DNA of 32,000 nt. It comes from Candidatus Paracaedimonas acanthamoebae. Lineage in GTDB: Bacteria > Pseudomonadota > Alphaproteobacteria > Caedimonadales > Caedimonadaceae. Shown here one piece after another: positions 25,912 to 32,000 of the stretch. A program made the position numbers and the translations under genes. The stretch lies in contig CP008936.1 in the NCBI GenBank assembly GCA_000743035.1, positions 540,001-572,000 on the forward strand, in the 5' to 3' direction. Position 1 is the stretch's first letter. Each line of letters begins with the position of its first letter. A model generated the notes under the pieces. It made no database searches. It was not told where the DNA came from and saw nothing but the letters and a program-made list of their open reading frames with translations.

Positions 25912-28665
25912 TCAAGGATTAGAAGAGGTTAATTCAACATTTTCACTTTCTTCATTCCCCGAGACGTTCTCGTCTTCCTCTTCCTCATTCCCTTGGTTTG
26001 GAATGCGGGCAACCGAGACAACTTGTTCTTTATTATCCACTCTGAAAAGCATCACGCCTTGGGCTTGACGGCCGCAAATACGAATATCTTTTACAGGAAG
26101 ACGGATAAGCTGACCTGTATTCGTCACCAGCACAAGTTGATCATCTCCTTCAACCACGAAGGAAGCAACGATCTTACCAGTTTTTGATGTGAGTTTGGTA
26201 TTCGTTACCCCTTGAGCTCCACGATTAGTCACGCGGAATTCATAGGCTGATGTCCGCTTGCCCATCCCGTTTTCTGTGACTGAGAGAATGAATTGTTCAT
26301 TAGCCTCTAGTTCAGCAAATCGTTCAGGTGAGAGGTCAAAGGTTGAGCCTTCTGAGATTTCTTCTGTTTCTTCTATTTCAGTTTCATCTCCACCACGTAA
26401 TTTGCGTGATTGGCGAATATACGCATCCCGTTCTTCAATTGTGGCGCGGGCACTTTCAAGGATGCTCATGGAAATAACGCGATCCCCTGATGCAAGGCGA
26501 ATTCCGAGCACGCCTGTCGAGCTGCGGCTTGCAAAGACGCGGAGGCTTTCAACAGGAAAGCGGACGCTGCGTCCTTCTTTTGAGGATAGCAACAGATCTT
26601 GATGATTATGGCATGCGCGAACAGCAATGAGTTGTTCACCATCCTCCAGTTTCATCGCAATTTTTCCGTTGGCTCTGACGTTTAAGAAATCATCGATTGA
26701 GTTACGACGTACAGTTCCTGAAGAGGTTACAAACACAAGAGACATATTCTTCAGTTCTTCTGGATCTTTAGGCAACGGAAGGACGGTGGCAATCGTCTCA
26801 CCTTGCTCAAAAGGCAGAACGTTAATAATGGGCTTTCCTAAAGATTGAGGTGTGCCTTGTGGAAGTTGATAAACTTTTAGCATGAAGGCTTTTCCGCCTG
26901 AAGAGAAGAAGAGAACAGGTGTATGCGTATCGGCCACCACAACATCACGAACAAAATCTTCTTCTCGTGTGGACATTCCAGAACGACCGCGGCCACCGCG
27001 TTTTTGCGCCCGATAGGTGGAAAGAGGCACGCGTTTAATGTAGCCATTTTGACTGACGGTGACGACCATATCTTCGCATTGGATCAGGTCTTCAATATCA
27101 AATTCACCTAAAGCCTCTTCAATTGTTGTGCGGCGAGGGGTGGCAAATTGCTCTTTTACTTCAGTAAGCTCTTGGCGCATAAGGGCATAAAGCTTGTCTC
27201 GTGAGGCAAGGGTAATAAGGTATTCTTTAATCTGATCAACAATTTGTTGAAGTTCATCAGCAATTTTATCGCGCTCAAGACCTGTTAAACGATGAAGTCT
27301 TAAATCGAGGATCGCTCTGGCTTGGGCTTCTGAAAGGCGATACGTCCCATTGCTAAAAGTATTCCCAGGCTCAGCAACCAGTTCAATTAAAGGAGCTACA
27401 GAAGCCGCAGGCCAGGTACGGTTCATCATTTGCTCGCGGGCTGTTTGAGGGTCTGCAGCATTCTTGATAAGGGCAATCATCTCATCAATATTGGCGACCG
27501 CAATGGCAAGACCAATTAAGAGGTGCGCCCGTTCACGTGCTTTTTTAAGCTCAAACTTAATGCGGCGAACAATAACATCTTCACGAAATTCAATGAAAGC
27601 CTTAATGACGTCTTTTAACCCCATTTGACGAGGTTGGCCTTTATCAAGCGCAAGAGCATTAACCCCAAAAGAAGTCTGAAGCGGAGTATGGCGATAAAGT
27701 TGATTGAGAACGACGTCCGGTACAGCATCTCGTTTAAGCTCAACAACAACGCGAACACCTTCACGATCGGATTCATCGCGAAGATCTGAAATACCTTCAA
27801 TAGTTTTCTCTTTGACGACCTCAGCCATGCGCTCAATCATGCGCGCTTTATTCACTTGATAAGGAACTTCAGTGATAATAATGGCAGTACGATCTTTACG
27901 AATTTCTTCAATTTGAACGCGTCCCCGCATAATAACTGAACCACGTCCCGTATGGGCAGCTTCCCGAATTCCCGCACGCCCTAAAATCACAGCCCCCGTT
28001 GGGAAATCAGGCCCAGGAACATAGTGAAGAAGTTCATCCACCGTAATGTCAGGGTTATCAATATAGGCAAAACAAGCATCAATAACTTCCCCTAAATTAT
28101 GAGGGGGAATGTTGGTGGCCATACCCACAGCAATACCTCCAGCTCCATTGACCAAGAGGTTTGGAAAACGGGACGGTAAAACGCTCGGTTCGGTTGTGCT
28201 GCCATCATAGTTTGGCTTAAAATCAACGGTTTCTTTTTCAATGTCTTCAAGCAAGAATTGTGAAACTTTGGCAAGGCGTGCTTCGGTATAACGTTCAGCC
28301 GCAGGAGGATCGCCATCCATGGAGCCAAAGTTTCCTTGACCGTCAATGAGCGGCAGACGCATGGAGAAATCTTGGGCTAAGCGTGCTAAGGCTTCGTAAA
28401 TTGGTGCGTTACCATGCGGGTGATATTTCATCATCACATAACCAACCGCACTTGCGGATTTACGGTAGGGGCGATCAGGATTATTTCCGGATTCTTTCAT
28501 CGCGTAAAGAATGCGTCGGTGGACAGGCTTCAAGCCATCACGTACATCTGGAAGAGCACGGCTTACGATCACGCTCATCGCATAATCGAGATAAGAGCGC
28601 CGCATCTCCTCTTCGAGCGAAACGGGGGTAATGTCTGTGCTTAAGGGACTAGTGGCTTGCGTCAA
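25912..28665 (-). CDS. gyrA: DNA gyrase subunit A
   Basis: [45 protein letters not shown], the catalytic-Tyr context [10 protein letters not shown], beta-pinwheel C-terminal domain repeats, and an acidic tail. TTG start with an AAGGAG SD 7 nt upstream. Confidence 0.97.
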   Translation of the reverse strand: MTQATSPLSTDITPVSLEEEMRRSYLDYAMSVIVSRALPDVRDGLKPVHRRILYAMKESGNNPDRPYRKSASAVGYVMMKYHPHGNAPIYEALARLAQDFSMRLPLIDGQGNFGSMDGDPPAAERYTEARLAKVSQFLLEDIEKETVDFKPNYDGSTTEPSVLPSRFPNLLVNGAGGIAVGMATNIPPHNLGEVIDACFAYIDNPDITVDELLHYVPGPDFPTGAVILGRAGIREAAHTGRGSVIMRGRVQIEEIRKDRTAIIITEVPYQVNKARMIERMAEVVKEKTIEGISDLRDESDREGVRVVVELKRDAVPDVVLNQLYRHTPLQTSFGVNALALDKGQPRQMGLKDVIKAFIEFREDVIVRRIKFELKKARERAHLLIGLAIAVANIDEMIALIKNAADPQTAREQMMNRTWPAASVAPLIELVAEPGNTFSNGTYRLSEAQARAILDLRLHRLTGLERDKIADELQQIVDQIKEYLITLASRDKLYALMRQELTEVKEQFATPRRTTIEEALGEFDIEDLIQCEDMVVTVSQNGYIKRVPLSTYRAQKRGGRGRSGMSTREEDFVRDVVVADTHTPVLFFSSGGKAFMLKVYQLPQGTPQSLGKPIINVLPFEQGETIATVLPLPKDPEELKNMSLVFVTSSGTVRRNSIDDFLNVRANGKIAMKLEDGEQLIAVRACHNHQDLLLSSKEGRSVRFPVESLRVFASRSSTGVLGIRLASGDRVISMSILESARATIEERDAYIRQSRKLRGGDETEIEETEEISEGSTFDLSPERFAELEANEQFILSVTENGMGKRTSAYEFRVTNRGAQGVTNTKLTSKTGKIVASFVVEGDDQLVLVTNTGQLIRLPVKDIRICGRQAQGVMLFRVDNKEQVVSVARIPNQGNEEEEDENVSGNEESENVELTSSNP

Positions 28666-28698
28666 GGCCCAACTCCTTATTCAAGAAATAGTTCATTA

Positions 28699-29181
28699 TT
28701 AAAAAGGGATCTCGTCGTCAAGATCTGGTTCAGCGTGATGATTTTGTGATGTCACGGCACTTGGCTCATAAGAGAAACCGCCACCATAGGAAGGCTCGCT
28801 TAAGGAAGAGGTTGTTGCGCCACCCTCTGAGCGGCTATCAAGCATGGTGAGCTCACCTCTAAATTTAGGGAGGACGATTTCTGTCGTATAGCGTTCTTGA
28901 CCGCTTTGATCTGTCCATTTGCGTGTCTGAAGTTGGCCTTCAAGAAAGACTTTGGCCCCTTTACGCAGGTATTTTTCACAGACTTCAGTTAAGCGATCAT
29001 TAAACACAACAACGCGATGCCATTCAGTCCGGTCTTTTCGTTCCCCTGTCGCACGATCTTTCCATGCTTCAGAAGTCGCAATCGAAAGCTGAACAATCTT
29101 TGTGCCGTCTTGAGCATGACGCACTTCAGGGTCTCGCCCAAGGTTGCCCACAAGAATGACTTTATTTACTGAACCTGCCAT
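28699..29181 (-). CDS. ssb: single-stranded DNA-binding protein
   Basis: OB-fold N-terminus MAGSVNKVILVGNLGRDPEV, TEWHRVVVF, a Gly/Ser-rich linker and the canonical acidic tail DLDDEIPF. I chose the ATG at 29181 (GAGG SD 6 nt upstream) over the 14-codon upstream extension. Confidence 0.93.
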   Translation of the reverse strand: MAGSVNKVILVGNLGRDPEVRHAQDGTKIVQLSIATSEAWKDRATGERKDRTEWHRVVVFNDRLTEVCEKYLRKGAKVFLEGQLQTRKWTDQSGQERYTTEIVLPKFRGELTMLDSRSEGGATTSSLSEPSYGGGFSYEPSAVTSQNHHAEPDLDDEIPF

Positions 29182-29303
29182 AAGAAACCTCATCAATGAA
29201 TGGTGTTTCTCTTTATAAGACATTCAGACGTGGTTGGCTATCGTAAAATGCAGTAAAAGTTTAGATTATTTGAACTTAGAGTATTTAGCGTGATTTATAA
29301 TTA

Positions 29304-30911
29304 TCATTGAGCATTGTATTCCCCACGGTCCCATAAAATATGAAGTAAGAAGAGAGGGATATTGTAAAAACGGGTAATATTATTGTCATCCATAAATTTT
29401 AGAATTTTGTCTTCATCCCAACCATACAGATGACCAACTTGAAGAGCGTCAAGAACACGCGTCTTGCCGTAGCCTTTATATTCATCTGAAGCCGCATTAT
29501 TTTGCGCATGAGGAGGTTCAAAAACGATGCGAAAACTTTTGCCATTCCCAAAATCAATGACAATGGCCCGTTTTCCATGTTTTAAGTTCTTAAGAGAGGC
29601 TTTTCTCTTAAGAGAATCATTTGTTAATATCTTTATAAGTCCTTGAATTTCTTTATTAATTTCGGATTCCTTGATCGTTGTTGCTTGGCGATAAGCTTGA
29701 ATGCGGGTTAAAGCTTCCTGACGTTCTAGATCTTTTGGAGTTGGCTGAGGCGCCGGTGCAGGTAGCTGCGGATGCAGAGGAGCAGCCGCATGATGAGGAG
29801 TCTGGTGTCGAGGTCTCCTCGTCGCAAGAGGTTGCTGAGGCGCCGGTTGAGGTACCATGTGCGCAACAGGTAACGGTGCTACTACTGCTGCAGGTGGTTG
29901 TTGGATCTGAGGAGCAGCTGCGTGATGAGGCTGTGGCACCTGCAGCAGCTGTGCAGGTTGAGGTAAGTGAGCTAAGAGTGGTTGATGCCCTTGTGGTGCT
30001 CCAGCCTGGTGGGATTGAGGTGTTGCTGGTTGTTGTAAAAGGCGCTCAATAATCTGAGAATTTCTTTTTAAATAAGCTTGAGAACCACTGATAATATTGC
30101 TGAATATCTGAAAAACTCCGTTAATTGCTTGGGCATCTCCATGCATTTGAAGAAAACGATAAATTGCCCACTGAGTAGAGGTTAAAGATTGATGATAGAT
30201 AGGTAGAAAAAAACCAGGCATAATTTCAAGCCCTGGCCCCCGCCAGTAATGAAAAAGTTTATTTGCAGCCGTGACTTCGCACATCCCATCAAGAATTCCT
30301 AAAACAGGAATATCGCTGCGTGCTTGCCCAGTCGTATAGGTGTGTCTGAGCTCATTTAAATTGTAGATGAGGCCTGCTACATACATGCTTGCAACGAATG
30401 CCGTATTCAATGGCTCATCTGACAAATTGTGTTGGAAAATCGTGTAAATTGCCCCTACCTTTAAAGCAGCATTGATAAGGCTTTGAGTTTGTCTTAAAAA
30501 AGCGCGTGTTAGTCGAATATTTTCTTGGGCAGCGCGTTCAACTTTTTCTGACTGTTGTAACGCCATTTTTCCTTTTTTGTGTCCTCTGCCTGTCGAAATG
30601 TGTTGAGCTTTTGCAACCGATTCACCATACCATTCCAGGCAGTAACGACCCAGAGTCATAAGGCTTGAAGTGAGATAATAGGTGCTTAGCACATTTATAG
30701 CATCTGGAATATCGTCATTCTCAGTCAGCGAAGATGCTGCATAGGAGGTACCAAGTGCGACCAGTCCATACCCAAGGCGTTTAATTTCTCGAGTCCAGTT
30801 TCTAGAACTTTTTTCTATTTTTGTTTCATCTAAAATTTCTTGATGAGAAGCTTTTGTGAGAGGGTTAAAACAAAATGCTATCATTAAAAGAAAGGGAAAT
30901 ATTTTTTGCAT
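29304..30911 (-). CDS. hypothetical protein: signal/anchor N-terminus, unknown about 290-aa domain, Pro/Gln/Ala/His-rich repeat linker, about 140-aa C-terminal globular domain
   Basis: Long uninterrupted ORF with a hydrophobic N-terminus MQKIFPFLLMIAFCFNPLTKA. The low-complexity segment is QQPATPQSHQAGAPQGHQPLL...HHAAAPQIQQPPAAVVAP...HHAAAPLHPQLPAPAPQPTP. The C-terminal part (KHGKRAIVIDFGNGKSFRIVFEPPH...YKGYGKTRVLDALQ) looks globular. I recognise no family. Confidence 0.7.
   Translation of the reverse strand: MQKIFPFLLMIAFCFNPLTKASHQEILDETKIEKSSRNWTREIKRLGYGLVALGTSYAASSLTENDDIPDAINVLSTYYLTSSLMTLGRYCLEWYGESVAKAQHISTGRGHKKGKMALQQSEKVERAAQENIRLTRAFLRQTQSLINAALKVGAIYTIFQHNLSDEPLNTAFVASMYVAGLIYNLNELRHTYTTGQARSDIPVLGILDGMCEVTAANKLFHYWRGPGLEIMPGFFLPIYHQSLTSTQWAIYRFLQMHGDAQAINGVFQIFSNIISGSQAYLKRNSQIIERLLQQPATPQSHQAGAPQGHQPLLAHLPQPAQLLQVPQPHHAAAPQIQQPPAAVVAPLPVAHMVPQPAPQQPLATRRPRHQTPHHAAAPLHPQLPAPAPQPTPKDLERQEALTRIQAYRQATTIKESEINKEIQGLIKILTNDSLKRKASLKNLKHGKRAIVIDFGNGKSFRIVFEPPHAQNNAASDEYKGYGKTRVLDALQVGHLYGWDEDKILKFMDDNNITRFYNIPLFLLHILWDRGEYNAQ
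29745..29930. repeat. imperfect direct repeats in a GC-rich island inside the 535-aa ORF
   Basis: CTGAGGCGCCGGTGCAGGTA (29745-29764) matches CTGAGGCGCCGGTTGAGGTA (29835-29854). GAGGAGCAGCCGCATGATGAGG (29777-29798) matches GAGGAGCAGCTGCGTGATGAGG (29909-29930). The spacing between the paired blocks differs (about 32 versus about 74 nt). Confidence 0.6.
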
Positions 30912-31076
30912 GGAAGTAATGCCTTGTTTGAAATTTGAAGAAATTTAAAATATAAGTGCTAATTAGTCAATAAATTTTTCAAAAATTACCAGCAAATGAA
31001 AAAATATTGTCTTTAACACCTTCTTTATGGGCAAAAAACAACGAGGCGCTTCTGGAGCAGCAACAAAAATTTAAGC

Positions 31077-31370
31077 TTATTTCTTTAAGACACCTTCTTT
31101 AAGGATATGTGAGGCACGAAATGAAATGGTTTTACGCGGCGTAATCATCACTTCTTTGCCTGTTTTTGGATTGCGTCCGATACGATTATTTTTTTGACGG
31201 ACATTAAAGCTTCCAAAGGACGAAAGCTTAAGCTCGCCGTCTTCAACAAGGCCCACAATCATTTGCTCAAGGATCTGTTCGAGGAGCTCCATGGAACGGT
31301 GGCGTGGGAAGCCCACATTTTCTGCAATGGCTTCACTAATCTCAGCGCGTGTAAGAGTTTTTTCTGGCAT
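31077..31370 (-). CDS. ihfA: integration host factor subunit alpha
   Basis: KTLTRAEISEAIAENVGF...LKLSSFGSFNVRQKNNRIGRNPKTGKEVMITPRKTISFRAS follows the IHF-alpha pattern (R-x-K-N-x-R-x-GRNPKTG). Start set at the ATG at 31370 (MPEKTLTRAE); the ORF-track start at 31406 adds 12 non-conserved residues and remains possible. Confidence 0.85.
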   Translation of the reverse strand: MPEKTLTRAEISEAIAENVGFPRHRSMELLEQILEQMIVGLVEDGELKLSSFGSFNVRQKNNRIGRNPKTGKEVMITPRKTISFRASHILKEGVLKK

Positions 31371-32000
31371 CCTTCTCTTCTCCCAATAGTTATTTTGATA
31401 ACTCATTGTATCTACATGGTATTATAACGTCAAATAGAATCTTAAGTTTTGGCAGATCGTCAAGCTTTTGAAATCTGTTGTCGGGTATTGATTGCGAATG
31501 AGATTGATGACGCCATCCAAGAACGTCTACTGATTCCTTGGCACGCTCTTTCTAATTTGTAAAATCTTACAGGTATTTCCTAAGCTAAAAAGCCTGTGCA
31601 AGAATGAGCATTAGTTTTATGCAAATTTATTGATTAATAATTTGATTTTTAACGATTAATTTCCTCTCTTTTAAGTTGAATTTTCTTGATTTTTGTACGC
31701 GTTTATGGTAGTCTTGTAAGTAGATGGTAAGAGATGAAAATGACTTCCTTGTCGGTCTTTAAAAAAGTCCACAATCCTCTTCAAAAAATTCTCTAAATCC
31801 GTCCATTAAAAATAAAACTTGAGTCTAAAAACTCATTTAAGACCAATGAACGCTCTTTTTGAGCGAATGCCCTTTCTTTGCCGGGTGAAAAGTCAGAGGG
31901 TGGGCACGGAAAAGGAGAGGGGTTGGTGGAGGATAAAGAGGATTGAAAAGTTTTGGTTTGTTATTCCCAGCCTCTCTCTTGTTATCCCTGCGACCCAGGC

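Noticed and set aside
26033-26041. TTATCCACT, an 8/9 match to the DnaA box TTATCCACA
   Set aside because: It is a single imperfect box inside the gyrA coding region, with no clustering and no AT-rich unwinding element. It is not evidence for an origin.
29224-29303. Search for an alphaproteobacterial SOS box (GAAC-N7-GAAC / GTTC-N7-GTTC) upstream of ssb
   Set aside because: Only isolated GAAC tetramers occur, without a correctly spaced partner. There is no support for LexA control here.
29678-30052. 124-aa plus-strand ORF rich in Glu/Val/Ala
   Set aside because: It lies antisense to the Pro/Gln-rich repeat of the 535-aa gene. GC-rich repetitive coding DNA commonly leaves the opposite strand free of stops. 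There is no independent support.
31900-31960. Minus-strand string ...TTCAATCCTCTTTATCCTCCACCA resembling a tRNA/tmRNA 3' end (T-loop plus ACCA)
   Set aside because: I could not build a 5-bp T-stem around TTCAATC, and I found no complementary 5' acceptor strand (GGAGGAT in the proper position). The resemblance is probably chance.

Overview
This is a visibly AT-rich bacterial chromosomal segment with alphaproteobacterial gene order. From the gene content I infer an obligate intracellular, Rickettsiales/Holosporales-like symbiont; this is not proven. Bases 1-14389 hold a complete, tightly packed dcw cell-wall/division cluster: murE (5' end cut by the window edge), murF, mraY, murD, ftsW, murG, murC, murB, ddl, ftsQ, ftsA and ftsZ, many with overlapping stop/start codons. 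Next come a GNAT acetyltransferase, about 1.1 kb of decaying DNA and a candidate small transcript closed by a strong terminator. The decaying DNA contains a BirA-type HTH fragment with in-frame stops and a remnant of a second GNAT copy. Then come hemB plus a small lipoprotein (minus strand), an OPA-family (GlpT/UhpC-like) MFS transporter, and a LysR regulator divergent from an ATP/ADP-translocase-type nucleotide transporter (NTT/Tlc). The rest is a long co-directional minus-strand block: TPR-secretin lipoprotein, coaD, a 469-aa exported unknown, gyrA, ssb, a 535-aa unknown with a GC-rich Pro/Gln/Ala/His repeat, and ihfA. I saw no rRNA, tRNA, CRISPR array or recognisable mobile element. The best candidates for something undescribed are the three exported or unknown proteins interleaved with housekeeping genes, above all the orphan TPR-secretin fusion. 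Two terminator-bounded noncoding units with no annotated gene are also worth a look. All functional calls rest on motif recognition by eye; no database search was possible.
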